From positions 69,091 to 133,090 of the IMG/VR virus record IMGVR_UViG_2974779332_000001: a stretch of 64,000 nt of DNA; one strand, written 5' to 3'. Both the position numbers and the translations under genes were made by a program. The stretch is from a virus. Taxonomy: Duplodnaviria > Caudoviricetes. The stretch's first letter is position 1. Every line of letters starts with the position of its first letter. The notes beneath the pieces were generated by a model, which saw only the letters and a list, made by a program, of their open reading frames with translations, had not been told where the DNA came from and searched no databases. Positions 28,356 to 39,407 of the stretch are shown one piece after another.

Positions 28356-28635
28356 GGGAGTGACCGGTTTCGACTGGCGAGGATGACAGTTAGTTTGCAG
28401 CCAGACATTGAGGAGATGTCTCTAAAAAGCCTCAAACCTATAAATGCCAACTCTAACGTTGCATTCGCTCTTGCAGCCTGACGGCTGCTGAGCCGGGCGG
28501 TGACTGCCTTGGAACAGAAAGTCACTCATTGTAAGACCTGGCAAGGATATGCATCGTAGTACCTGCTTGACACATGGCTGTGTATAGACTACTGTGAGAG
28601 ACGTCAGGACGGGGGTTCGATTCCCCCCACTTCCA
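28356..28635 (+). ncRNA. ssrA: tmRNA; tag (A)ANSNVAFALAA
   Basis: GGGAGTG/CACTTCC+A with G3-U70; GGTTTCGAC D loop; ATAAAT-GCC resume context at 28446; tag stop at 28479-28481; T arm GGGGGTTCGATTCCCCC. Confidence 0.93.
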
Positions 28636-29049
28636 CTGTCTAACGAAGGAATGAAATGCCTGTCTGGATGAGGCTTCCCAAGACCAGCAAGACGAGTAAT
28701 CTTGCTGAGCGTATGGGGTCAGCACTCGAAAATGGATATGGTGATGAAGGTCCACTAGCGCAGATTCTTGCCGTTGGTGGATGTTACACTGCCATCCTGC
28801 TGGTTTTCCTGATTCTTGTAGGAATTTTGGGTGGTGCTGCATGGGGAATCTGGCTTCTTGGAGCCTGGATTCTCTGAAAATTGACAACGAACGAAACCTC
28901 AAGTACAGTTGTACGATATGTGAGCCTACCGACCTATTAGGAGAATACGTTCTCCAAAAAGAAAGAAAGCTCAGTCACAACTCAATAGGACAAAATTAGG
29001 ATTCCCGATGAATACCTAGTTGCGTAGGCTCCACTAACATTGGAGTTAT

Positions 29050-29508
29050 ATGTATAAGTCAGCGATAGCTGCGATATTGGTCGCTTCTGCTGTTGTGGTG
29101 GCAACGCCCGGCACGTCAGAAGCAGCAACATTGAAGTCAAAGGCCCTGAGTGTCGCAAAGGCACAAAAGGGAGATAGGTACCAAGGTGGTGCTGAGGGAC
29201 CAAATGCTTTCGATTGCTCTGGTCTAACTTGGTATTCATACAAGAAGTCAGGCAAGACAATCAAGCGCGTGGCTAATGACCAGTACAACGCATCAAAGCA
29301 CATCAGTGCTAGCGCTGCACAGCCAGGTGACCTTGTATTTTTCAAGTACAAGTCTGGTGGTAAGGTCTTCCATGTGGGAATGGTATCCAAGAAGGGATAC
29401 ATGGTCCATGCGAACGCTGGCGGCTACTATGGCCGAAAGGTAATTGAGGAGAAGATTGCTCCGTATTGGGGTAAGAATTACAGAGTCTACTACGGCTCTG
29501 TCAAGTAG
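29050..29508 (+). CDS. Secreted NlpC/P60 cell-wall peptidase
   Basis: Signal peptide; GGAEGPNAFDCSGL, PGDLVFF, HVG. Confidence 0.9.
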   Translation: MYKSAIAAILVASAVVVATPGTSEAATLKSKALSVAKAQKGDRYQGGAEGPNAFDCSGLTWYSYKKSGKTIKRVANDQYNASKHISASAAQPGDLVFFKYKSGGKVFHVGMVSKKGYMVHANAGGYYGRKVIEEKIAPYWGKNYRVYYGSVK

Positions 29509-29513
29509 GAGGA

Positions 29514-29822
29514 ATGATGGCTCGTATACTGAAAATTTGGGTTGACGACGAGCGACCCAAGCCCGATTCAAGTTGGTTTGCCACGAAGCACAGCAACATT
29601 GCTATTTTGCTTCTCAAGGCATGCAAGCGTCGCGGCCTCAGTGTACGGGCCATCAGTCTTGACCATGACTTGGGTGGTGACGACACGACTCGACCTGTGG
29701 TACTGTGGATGTGTGAGAACGAGTTCTGGCCTGAGACGGTCTACGTTCACACAGCAAACCCGGTAGGCCGTGAGTGGCTTGAGGGTATGGTAAATCACTA
29801 TGGACCAGGAGTGTCCCGATGA
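29514..29822 (+). CDS. Cyclic-phosphate-processing receiver (cREC) domain protein
   Basis: IWVDDER, ISLDHDLG, VHTANPVGR. Confidence 0.75.
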   Translation: MMARILKIWVDDERPKPDSSWFATKHSNIAILLLKACKRRGLSVRAISLDHDLGGDDTTRPVVLWMCENEFWPETVYVHTANPVGREWLEGMVNHYGPGVSR

Positions 29823-29990
29823 GAACCTACGAACCTGACGACTTCACGCTTGAGATGGCTCTGTCACGAGCCATGGAGCATGACGGGTTGACGTACGGTG
29901 AAGCAGTTGCTATCCTGTTCATCACAAGGGGCGATGACCCTTGGAACAACAACCCTGGCGTGTTCAAAAACTTCAAGCTCAAGGAGTAAA

Positions 29991-30386
29991 ATGCGTACCA
30001 AGACGCAAACAAAACTGGTGCGTAACCTGAACGACAGAGAGTATCGTCAGTGTAAGTCTCTGAACTTCCGCTACAATGGATGCATGATGTACGACCTGCC
30101 CATGGCACGTCAGAAGTATCCGACAGCGCGAGTTGTGATGATTAAGAACGCTGAGACTGATACTCTGCTAGCATGGTGTCTAGCCTATCCCAACAGCGAA
30201 GGCAAGTACGTCACTCAGTATTACGTGCGAGTGAAGTTCCGTCGCCAAGGCTTTGGTGATAGACTGATGAGGCAGGTACGGAAGTTTGAGCCGTCTCCAG
30301 TAGTGATGCCCCACGATGGGCCGTCACGAGGCTTCTTCCGAAAGCACGAAAAGAACGTGACCGTAAACAACAGCTACTCTCTTTAA
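29991..30386 (+). CDS. GNAT acetyltransferase
   Basis: Motif A YVRVKFRRQGFGDRLM; RGFFRK. Confidence 0.7.
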   Translation: MRTKTQTKLVRNLNDREYRQCKSLNFRYNGCMMYDLPMARQKYPTARVVMIKNAETDTLLAWCLAYPNSEGKYVTQYYVRVKFRRQGFGDRLMRQVRKFEPSPVVMPHDGPSRGFFRKHEKNVTVNNSYSL

Positions 30387-30394
30387 GGAAAAAC

Positions 30395-30610
30395 ATGAAG
30401 AAGACCAAGGCTTTCGAGCTTCGCTCTACCGACAAGGCTGACACCTTCAACCTGTACGTCAATGGCGTCTGGAAGGGTCTGGTCGAGACCAGCAAGGCGG
30501 CAAACCGTAAGACGAACTTCCGTCTGCACGGTGGTCGTGGTAACTGGGAAGACGTTGTTGGCACCAAGAAGGACTTCGAGACCTTCGCCAAGGAGCGCTT
30601 CTCCAAGTGA
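30395..30610 (+). CDS. Hypothetical basic protein
   Basis: AAGGA RBS; strongly biased codon usage. Confidence 0.6.
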   Translation: MKKTKAFELRSTDKADTFNLYVNGVWKGLVETSKAANRKTNFRLHGGRGNWEDVVGTKKDFETFAKERFSK

Positions 30611-30630
30611 GTCCGGCCCGAAAGGGTCAA

Positions 30631-30700
30631 TGTTACGTAGCTTAATTGGCAAAGCTGTCTAAGGCCATAGACCATATGGGTTCGAATCCCATCGTAACAG
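30631..30700 (+). tRNA. tRNA-like gene with 6-nt anticodon loop, identity undetermined
   Basis: TGTTACG/CGTAACA; canonical D and T arms; GTCTA-AGGCCA-TAGAC. Confidence 0.6.
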
Positions 30701-30779
30701 CAATATCAGTTAGACTTCATAACCTTCATTGACCTATAATGGGAGAGCCTAATCCTATTAAGGCGGGAGGATTGAAGAT

Positions 30780-31205
30780 ATGGATTTTGTAGAACATCTT
30801 GGTTACCAATTCCTCACTGACCTTCTTACGGAAATTCGAGTAGGCCAGCAGGGATTGGAGGAAAGAATGGCAGACCTAACAACCGAAGTTGCTGCGCTCC
30901 GTGAAGCAGTATCAGGCGTAAGCGCACGTGTTGATGCACTTGTTGGCCCACTTACGGACGCCGTACGTGAGGCACAGGATGCACTAGCAGCCGAGCGTCA
31001 GGCAGCAGCAGACCTTGCAGCAGCCGAAGACGCAGAGGACGTAGAGCAGAACAATGCTCTAATGGAAGCTCAGGCAGCTACCGATGCAGCTTTGGCAAAT
31101 GCTCAGCAGGCAGCCGACGAAATCAGTGTAGAAACTGCTCGTCTAAACCAGGTTGCTCAGCCAGCACAGCCAGAGGAACCAACAGAGCCACCTGTAGAAG
31201 GCTAA
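30780..31205 (+). CDS. Ala/Glu-rich coiled-coil protein behind a CTTCATAA-type promoter
   Basis: Long helical ORF with GCA/CCA-rich codons. Confidence 0.65.
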   Translation: MDFVEHLGYQFLTDLLTEIRVGQQGLEERMADLTTEVAALREAVSGVSARVDALVGPLTDAVREAQDALAAERQAAADLAAAEDAEDVEQNNALMEAQAATDAALANAQQAADEISVETARLNQVAQPAQPEEPTEPPVEG

Positions 31206-31264
31206 ATTCTATAGAGGAGTTGACAGCCCCTTCAAGTCTCGTGTAGACTAGCTGTCATAAGCAT

Positions 31265-31393
31265 GGCCCCAAGAGGCAACTGATGGTCACCGGGATGCAT
31301 ACCGCCCATTGGACCTTATCTGGGTACCACGTCTATGCAGCCGACGGGTTGATAACATAGACATCGGGGCAGGTTCGAATCCTGCTGGGGTCC
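31265..31393 (+). ncRNA. Large tRNA-like RNA (acceptor plus T arm with about 90-nt core)
   Basis: GGCCCCA/TGGGGTC; GCAGGTTCGAATCCTGC; internal GTCTATG/CATAGAC hairpin; TTGACA promoter at 31220. Confidence 0.45.
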
Positions 31394-32455
31394 ACTATAA
31401 TGAAACTATCAAATCGAAGAGTGGAAGGAGCGTAATGATTTACGACCCTGGTTAGTGTAGTCACACTAACTTTGAAGGAGTGAATTATTATGGCAACTGG
31501 CAAGGAGCGCGGCTACAAGGACTGGAAGCTTTCCAAGGAATTTAAGCGCAGCGCTCGTAACTACACCGAATCCGACACCATTAAGCGTGGTCGCAAGAAG
31601 AAGAACACGCGTAAGTGGTGCAAGGGTGTCGAGGGACGTAAGCACACCCTTGCGCTTTACAACAAGTATTCCTGGAGCCACAGCCACAAGTGTGTTAAGT
31701 GTGGCAAGGAAATCTGGGGTCCTGTAAAGCGCGAAGAGTTTGATTTCGTCCCCATGCGTTGGGAAGACTTTCACTGATGCAACTCAAGATGTACGCAATT
31801 GCCTGTGACCAAGCAGAAGCTATCAAAAACTGCTACACAGGCAAGTACACAAATCAACCGTTCTGGCCAGAGCATAGAACTCTGGTCCCATATCTAGAAA
31901 AGGCCAAGGAAGAGAATCCTGGCCTTCCACTAAAAATCTTTGTCATTAAGGTGAGTGGATAAAATGGCCGGAAACAAGAATAGCCGTAAGAAGTGGCTTT
32001 GTCTTGACTGTGGTGTAGACACAGGTAAGATTGGTGAACACTTCTTTCTCGACATGAGTGTCTGGGCCTTGACAGGTCTTGGGCACAAGGGTATGCTCTG
32101 TGTAGCAGACGTTGAGAAGCGAATCGGCAGGACTCTTGTTCCGGCCGATTTTACTTCTGCCTACATCAACCGCTTGAACAACGGGTTCAAGTCTGATAGG
32201 CTGGTCTCACGTATAAAGGGAGACTAAATGATTACATGGTACTGGCTTGACGCAGCGCCAGAGGCTGTGGCATACTTCAAAAAGAAAAAGGCCGTGAAGG
32301 TGAACACCATCAATGGCATTGAAATTTGGAGAGACGCTTACGGCTACTCTCGGCTCATCAAAGAGTCTGATGGTAAGATTCAAGTCAGCTCTCAAGACTT
32401 CCTGTCAATCAAGGAAGCAACCGACGCAATTAACGATATGTAAACAGGAGGACCG

Positions 32456-33556
32456 ATGAAGTTCACCAAGATTTTCTCTCAGGAGCTGCTTGACCAGATG
32501 GTCAACGAGGGTTTCGTTCGGGTGCAGACTCATCCGGTCCTCCCTTTGCGCATCCTGAACTACAGCGAGCAGGCTCAATTCCGTGGAGTCTGGAACGCTT
32601 GTACGCTTGCTTGTCGTGGTCTTATCATTGACCAGGATGACAACGTAATTGCTCGTCCTTTTGAGAAGTTCTTCAATATGGGGGACTCTCACGCTGCTGA
32701 CATTGACTGGAACGCTCCGGTTGAGGTCACGGACAAGAAGGACGGTAGCATGGGCATCCTTTACTCCGTAATGCCTTACGGTGATGCAATTCCGCCTTAC
32801 GGCTTTCAGTACGGTCTAGCTACTCGTGGTAGCTTTGCTTCTGACCAGGCAATCCACGCTACGAAGCTGTGGCTGGAGCGATACAAGAACACTGCTGTGC
32901 CTCACGACTGGACGTTTATTTTCGAGATTGTCTACCCTGACAACCGAATCGTCCTGGATTACGGAGACATGGACGACCTCATTCTTCTGGGTGCGGTCAA
33001 CAAGGAGCACGGCTACGTGTACGGTCCTCGCGAGGCTCAGGCTTTGCTGGATTGGCAGGGGCCGGTAACCGAGGTGTTTGATTACAAGAACATTCACGAG
33101 GCTGTTGGTGCGGACTACCGTACGAACGCTGAGGGTCTTGTAATTCGTTCTGGTGCTAAGATGGTCAAGCTTAAGCAGGCTGACTACGTTGAGCTGCACC
33201 GACTGATTTCTATGCTTTCAGAGCGCTCTGTATGGAGTCAGCTCACCGAGGGCAAGACACTGGAGGAGATTTGTGAGGCTCTGCCTGACGAGTTCCACCA
33301 GTTCGTCAAGGATGTAGGCGGACAGCTTCTCAGTGACTTCGAGTCAATTGAGATTAAGGTACGTGGAATCTTCCACAACCTTCTTTCTTCAATGCCAGAG
33401 GGCTTCACACGACGTGACTTCGCAATGAAGGCTAACGGTGTGGACCTCTACCGCAGCCACATGTTCAACCTGCTTGACGGGAAGAGCATCAGTGAGCTAA
33501 TCTGGAAGCAGTTGAGGCCAGAGGCGAAGAAGGAGGACGGTTACCCTGTACGCTAA
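32456..33556 (+). CDS. RNA ligase 1 (T4 RnlA-like)
   Basis: ACRGLI, ARPFEKFFN, motif I KKDGS, FEIV..NRIV, EGLV, VKLK..Y. Confidence 0.92.
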   Translation: MKFTKIFSQELLDQMVNEGFVRVQTHPVLPLRILNYSEQAQFRGVWNACTLACRGLIIDQDDNVIARPFEKFFNMGDSHAADIDWNAPVEVTDKKDGSMGILYSVMPYGDAIPPYGFQYGLATRGSFASDQAIHATKLWLERYKNTAVPHDWTFIFEIVYPDNRIVLDYGDMDDLILLGAVNKEHGYVYGPREAQALLDWQGPVTEVFDYKNIHEAVGADYRTNAEGLVIRSGAKMVKLKQADYVELHRLISMLSERSVWSQLTEGKTLEEICEALPDEFHQFVKDVGGQLLSDFESIEIKVRGIFHNLLSSMPEGFTRRDFAMKANGVDLYRSHMFNLLDGKSISELIWKQLRPEAKKEDGYPVR

Positions 33557-34334
33557 CGAGGTTTGGAGAACAGACCCGGAACGTAGAGAGAAGGCACGTG
33601 AACTTTGTACCTTCCGGTCTGTTCATCTAAGCAAGCTTATCAAGGCACTCAAGGAGGCTCAGGAAGAGGGACATCTTCTGCACCACTCTGGTTTTAGAGA
33701 TGTTCCTAGCCTGGCTCTCTACATTGAGAGTCTTGAAAGAAGTCAATTGCACTTCGGTGCACCCACTGAAACACTAATTGGAAACATGGCTGCCTTCGGA
33801 GAAGGCGCTGAATAGGAGATAAAATGTCTGACGCCACCAAGACTGCCGACGAGGCCGTTTCAAACGTAAAGCTCATCGGCCTTGCTGTGTGGTCATGGCT
33901 GAGTGACCACCCTGTGGTCCTTGCCGTTCTGTTCTTCGTGCTCGGCTTCCTCATCGGCTAAGCTATGAGGAATATATTTCGGGCGGCAGCTCAGAAGGCT
34001 GTTCGCGAAGGTATATGTACGCCAGGAATAGGTTGTGGACAACCTATCAGGGAGGAAGATTTCACTGATGATGTCTCTTATAGAGAATCCAAAATCTCAG
34101 GTCTCTGCCAATCCTGTCAAGATAGGGTGTACGCAGACGACCCCGAAGATGGGTGAAGAAGCCTTTCGATGCAGTGATTGTGGATATCAGTTCCCCAATC
34201 ATGCAGACACTTGTCAGTACCATCCTGACAACATGAAGTAACATTGGGCCCTTCGGGGCCCTTTGTTGCGTCTAGGGGTTGACAGGCTCTGGACCATCGA
34301 CTAGAGTAGAGCTAACAACAACGAAGGGAAAGAC

Positions 34335-35240
34335 ATGGCACAGCTTCTGATTCTCCGGGGTGTCCCTGGATGTGGTAAGAGCACCTTCGCTCACCAGTGG
34401 CTCAAGGAGGGTGAGCGTCGTGCCCGTGTAAATCGTGATGACATTCGCATGCAGTTCTTCGGTAAGGAGACTGGTGTGAACGAGAACATGGTTACACAGA
34501 TTGAGCACATGCAGGTTGACAGTCTGCTCAAGGCTGGTTACTCTGTGGTTGTGGATGACACGAACATTCGTCATGCATACATCAAGGAATTCATCAAGAT
34601 TGCTGCAAAGCACAGCGTTGGTGTTGCTGTAAAGCAGTTCGATGTGGACCTCAAGGTTGCCATTGAGCGTAATGCGGGACGTGCTGCGGCTGGTGGTCGT
34701 GATGTCCCTACTACTGTCATTGAGAAGATGCACAAGTCTCTCAAGTCCAGTGGACGTTTCACTGACAAGCTGATTGCTGAGAGCTATGGTGTATCTCAGA
34801 CTGTGCAGCCTTACGTTCGGCCGGTAGGCAAGCGGAAGGTTTACCTGTTCGACATTGACGGCACTCTTGCTCAGATGAACGGACGCAATCCGTTCAAGTG
34901 GGACGAGGTTGGTAGCGATGACCCTCGTAGGCAGGTTGTACTGACTGCCCAGGCGCTTGCTACGGCTGGCTACGAAATTGTGGTTATGAGCGGTCGAGAC
35001 TCTGTCTGCCGTGAAGACACAATTGCCTGGCTGGAGTTCTACGACATCCCCTTTGTGGACCTGTTCATGAGGGCAGAGGGTGACATGCGTAAGGACAACA
35101 TCGTCAAGCAAGAGCTGTTTGACAATCACATCCGTGACTTCTATGATGTTGTGGCTGTCTTTGATGACCGCAACCAGGTGGTTGACATGTGGCGTGCGAT
35201 GGGCGTAGACTGCTTTCAGGTTGCGCCAGGTGACTTCTGA
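34335..35240 (+). CDS. pnk: Polynucleotide 5'-kinase/3'-phosphatase (T4 PseT-like)
   Basis: P-loop GVPGCGKST, NRDDIR, DDTN; HAD motifs DIDGTLA, SGR, FDDR. Confidence 0.93.
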   Translation: MAQLLILRGVPGCGKSTFAHQWLKEGERRARVNRDDIRMQFFGKETGVNENMVTQIEHMQVDSLLKAGYSVVVDDTNIRHAYIKEFIKIAAKHSVGVAVKQFDVDLKVAIERNAGRAAAGGRDVPTTVIEKMHKSLKSSGRFTDKLIAESYGVSQTVQPYVRPVGKRKVYLFDIDGTLAQMNGRNPFKWDEVGSDDPRRQVVLTAQALATAGYEIVVMSGRDSVCREDTIAWLEFYDIPFVDLFMRAEGDMRKDNIVKQELFDNHIRDFYDVVAVFDDRNQVVDMWRAMGVDCFQVAPGDF

Positions 35241-35485
35241 TGTTTGAAGTCATCGGATTCATTGTCGTCACACTGGTGTGGGGCTGGGTTGCATTGATTC
35301 CTTTTGGAATTGCAATGCTTCCCAGTGACATGCCGAACTGGCAGAGGTTACTATGCTTCGCAATCTCTGCTGGCATCGTGGTTGGATGGTTCCTACTCAT
35401 GGGGCCATTCATCCACATCTCAATGGGTTGACACCCCATCACAGACACGATAGAGTAGTACCAACAACAACGACGAAGGGTCGAA

Positions 35486-35899
35486 ATGAACAAGCGAGTT
35501 ACCTCCACTGCCGTATCCGCTACCGTTGCTGCTGGTCTGGTCTTCGGACTTGCCGCTTGTGGCAAGGACACTCCGCCAAAGGACTTCGCCAAGGCGTGTA
35601 AGGCTGCTGGTGGAAAGACGATGCGTGAGAATGACTTCGAGAACCTGGGCATGGCTCCCATGGCGTTCGACATTTCTCGTCCTCGTCCGGCAAGTAAGCC
35701 TAAGTCCAGCATCTTCGGTGGTAAGTCCAAGCCGAAGTCTCCCAAGGTAGGCAAGGCTCCGAAGAACAAGACCTGGAAGCTGGCCGGTGGTCATGGTTCT
35801 GGTCACAGCTCCAAGGGCAAGAACAAGAAGAAGCACAAGACTGACGACAATGAGTGGGTCTGTGTGAAGAACGGCCAGGAGCTGTTCGACGAGGATTGA
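35486..35899 (+). CDS. Lipoprotein with Lys-rich low-complexity insert
   Basis: Lipobox LAAC; K/S/P-rich middle region. Confidence 0.65.
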   Translation: MNKRVTSTAVSATVAAGLVFGLAACGKDTPPKDFAKACKAAGGKTMRENDFENLGMAPMAFDISRPRPASKPKSSIFGGKSKPKSPKVGKAPKNKTWKLAGGHGSGHSSKGKNKKKHKTDDNEWVCVKNGQELFDED

Positions 35900-35935
35900 C
35901 AGTAAGGTGTCCTTGGTGATAAACTGAGGGCACAA

Positions 35936-36017
35936 GCACCCATGGTGGAATGGCAGACACACTAGATTGAGGCTCTAGGCTCGAATGGGCGTCCGGGTTC
36001 GACTCCCGGTGGGTGTA
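35936..36017 (+). tRNA. tRNA-Leu(GAG)
   Basis: GCACCCA/TGGGTGT; loop TTGAGGC; long variable arm. Confidence 0.9.
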
Positions 36018-36549
36018 CGTGAGAATGGGAAGTCGTGTCCGTGTCAGGTACTTCGTTGATACCAAGACGATGACTGACTATTCCGGGCAAAAAGGTCAGG
36101 CTCTGGTTAAAGAGCGCGGTAAGAAGTGGGGAGTTCGCATTGATGGTCGCGAAGGCACTCCACTAATCATTCCTGAGAATCAGCTAGAAGAAATTCCCTG
36201 GGAAAATGGAGAATAATGGAACTCGACAAAGTTGTTGATGCTGCTAAGCTTGGCGGTAAGGTCCTTCTGGACACCGTTGAACTTATGCTTCTTACTCGTT
36301 CTGCCGATGAGCCTCAGCGAAAGGCTGCTGTCGCTTATATGGATGCGTACAAGGAGCAGCGAGGAGAAGTCAAGACTCGCGAGGAGTGGCAGCAATTCTA
36401 CAATGGCGTTAAGAAGCGCCTGGTGGTCTGATGACTACATTTCTTATTGTGGCTCTGAGCATTACAGCGCCAATTGCAATCGTTGCAGTGGCTGTTGTGT
36501 TTGTTTACCTACGTTCAATCAGCAAGAACGGCCTCTTCTGAGGCTTAAT

Positions 36550-36620
36550 ACCCGCTTAGCTCAATGGTAGAGCACTTGCTCGACACGCAAGTTACATGAG
36601 TTCGATTCTCTTAGTGGGTA
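36550..36620 (+). tRNA. tRNA-Val(GAC)
   Basis: ACCCGCT/AGTGGGT; loop TCGACAC (C33). Confidence 0.85.
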
Positions 36621-37041
36621 CTCCCGAACAAAGGAACGAAATGGCTGGCAGTGCAATCGATATTGTAATGGCAAGCTATCAGCTTGTATATCCTGACGCT
36701 CCCTATGAGTGGCTGGAAAAGGCTGCAAAGGAGACCTTGTACTGGTCTGCACGTACAGTCAATCCAACAGTTGAGCAAATGAATACTCATCAGGCTCGCA
36801 TCGACAAGATGTGCACTACAGGAGAGTGGTAATGGATACCGACGTTAAAATTGGAATCATCATCGCAACGGTGGTTCTGGGAATTTTCGTCATCGTCGCT
36901 GGGTCAATCAATCTCAACACTTACATGATGCAGAAGACTGCACAGCAGTGCACTCAGTCTGGTCGTGTCTGGGTAAACGATGATTGCCTTGACAAAGTAA
37001 CGGATGTCCGTTACATTGATGACTGAGCCGAAAGGCTCTTT

Positions 37042-37115
37042 GCCCGTGTAGCAGAATGGCATATGCTGCTCCCTCAAAAGGAGTGTAAATGTGGGTTCGA
37101 GTCCCACCTCGGGTA
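37042..37115 (+). tRNA. tRNA-Leu(CAA), short variable region
   Basis: Loop CTCAAAA in GCTCC/GGAGT. Confidence 0.85.
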
Positions 37116-37346
37116 CATGGCATATGAAACATCCACACCGCCAGATGGATATGAATGGGCGGTAGAAGAGGTAGATGACCCACTATTCGGTCATCTCAAC
37201 GGTAAGACTCTCGCCCTGGTCCTCAAGAAGGACGGTAAGCAGGTAGAGAGAAGGGGCGTGTTCGTTCCTGCAAAAAGAGAGAATGAAACGGAAGCCTTCA
37301 TCCGAGGTATGGAAGAAAGCATTCGTATGGCCCTCTGAGGGCTTCT

Positions 37347-37427
37347 GGAAGGTGAGCGAGAGGTCTCGCAGATTGGTTGCTAACCAATTGATTGTAACAG
37401 GTCGGGGTTCGAATCCTCCGCCTTCCG
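37347..37427 (+). tRNA. tRNA-Ser(GCT)
   Basis: GGAAGGT/GCCTTCC; loop TTGCTAA; variable arm. Confidence 0.85.
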
Positions 37428-39407
37428 CGTGTATTATATTAACTGCTCACGATGTGGACCGCATATGGCAAATTCCAATTACATGGAAAACGGCGTATGT
37501 GGTCCTTGTCTTTTGGTTGAAATCACAGAGGAACTAGACTTGTATGAAAGGAGGCAGAATGACAGGCAGGAAGTGGGTTCCCATGGGGAACAGAATGATG
37601 GACAGAGCGTACATGAGGGACCGTAGTGGAAATGTACATACGGGTGAAGCCCTTCTGCTAGCCATGCTATTGCATGCAAAGGGTAAGACCAAGCGAGGCC
37701 AGGCAGAAATGGCTGAGGTTGGCAAGATTATGAAGGACCGCAATCTACCAAAGGAGCAAAAGAATGTGGGACGCAGGGCCAACAGAGGTAACAAGGTTTG
37801 AGTGGCATTATCTTGACATTCAGGGATTTGTTAAGAATCTCTGGGGTGTTGAGTGGGAAGGTGGAGCTGCCATGGGATTTCCTGGTCAAGACACCTACCA
37901 TGATGTTGATGTAAACTTTGGTATTGAAGAAGGTGACGACCTCAATCTATGGATTGATGACTACACCTTTGACGAGGCAAAGGCTGCCATTGACAAATTC
38001 AAGGCTGAGGGTATGCCTCGTGAAGAGTATGCTGAACCTGGCGTACATATGCTTCTCAATTGGCTGAGCTATGAGGGTCACATTCCTCGTGGCAAGTATC
38101 GCGTATTGGTGTGGTGGTAATGGGTTGGGCAAGCGGCACAAGCTACTTTGACTACCCTCTAGACCTCATGCTAAAGTACGTTCCAGAGGAGAAGCGCAAG
38201 GAAGTCATCGAAAAGCTGTACAGGTCTATCAGAGATGGTGACTGGGATACAGTGGACGAGTCTGACTACTTCAACTTGCTCGTGAAATACGATATTGATG
38301 GGTACGGTAAGTATAAGGACGACCCTGACTATCTTGAGGAGCTTGATGAGGACGAGGCAGCGGAACTTAGGTAGGTGCGGATGCGGTCGGCCAATTCTTA
38401 TTGGCCACCTCCGTAAGTACAACGGTAATGACACCAAACTTTGTCCAGCATGCAACGCAGAGCAGATGATTGAGGAGATTAGGAATCGTGGCTCACAGCA
38501 AGACCGTGAAGGTCTTGACAGCTCTAGTTCTGCTCGGTACGATGGGTAACGTACTACTCCTCACGGTGGTCTCCAACGAAATCAATCAGACCATAGAGGA
38601 AATTGTAAATGACATACAGCGAAATGCGTGTGGACATGCGCATCAGACACATGAGGACAGGATTGAAAGCTACGATTGCCACTAAGGCTAATGGGCTTTT
38701 CAGGATTGTCGATGAGCATGGACACGTCGAAGACCTCGACCGGTATGAAGCCGGAGAATGGGAACAGATTCGATAATGGGATTCTGGGCAGAAGTACGTA
38801 ACATTAAGACAATTATCCAGCTTGACCAGGCAGCAAAGCATTCTGACAGCGCTGCAAGGTATCTTGTCAATGTACAAGAGTGGGACTGTCATGACGACCT
38901 GGTTCAAGAGTGGAAGCGTTACTTTGAAAAGTACGCTCGCAGGGAGAAGGTGAAGCCAGCCGACCTTGAATTCGGCGGTGACATTTACGACACTGCAATG
39001 AACCTTCTTGGCAGTACGCCACCTGCAAAGCGTAGTGGTGGAAATGCTACGACTCGTGCAAAGTACCTTTGTGATAGGTATGGTCGTGGCGAAGGTCCAT
39101 CATTTGGCGCGGCAATGCGAGAGGGTCTACATCTTGCCAAGGGTGGACGCTCTAACTACAGGTGAGTTGACATGGCTGACGCGAAGAAGTACGATGTAAT
39201 GGTTCGAGTCGAGTTCACCTGGGAGAACGAATACGGTGATGAACGTACGACTTGGGCTACAAACATCGGCCAGTACACATCAAGTGACCCTTCTACCCTT
39301 CCTGAATGGATTGCAGCGAACCAAATAACCTGCGAACCACCAGGAGAGAAGGTCGCAAGGGTACTCTTTTCAGAAGTGTCTTGCTATACAATCACAGAGG
39401 TGGATTG

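Noticed and set aside
34272-35129. Long antisense ORFs (e.g. 34272-35129 -, 1723-2451 -, 57923-58774 +, 57310-57951 +)
   Set aside because: They shadow well-supported genes on the opposite strand and have no RBS or recognisable motifs
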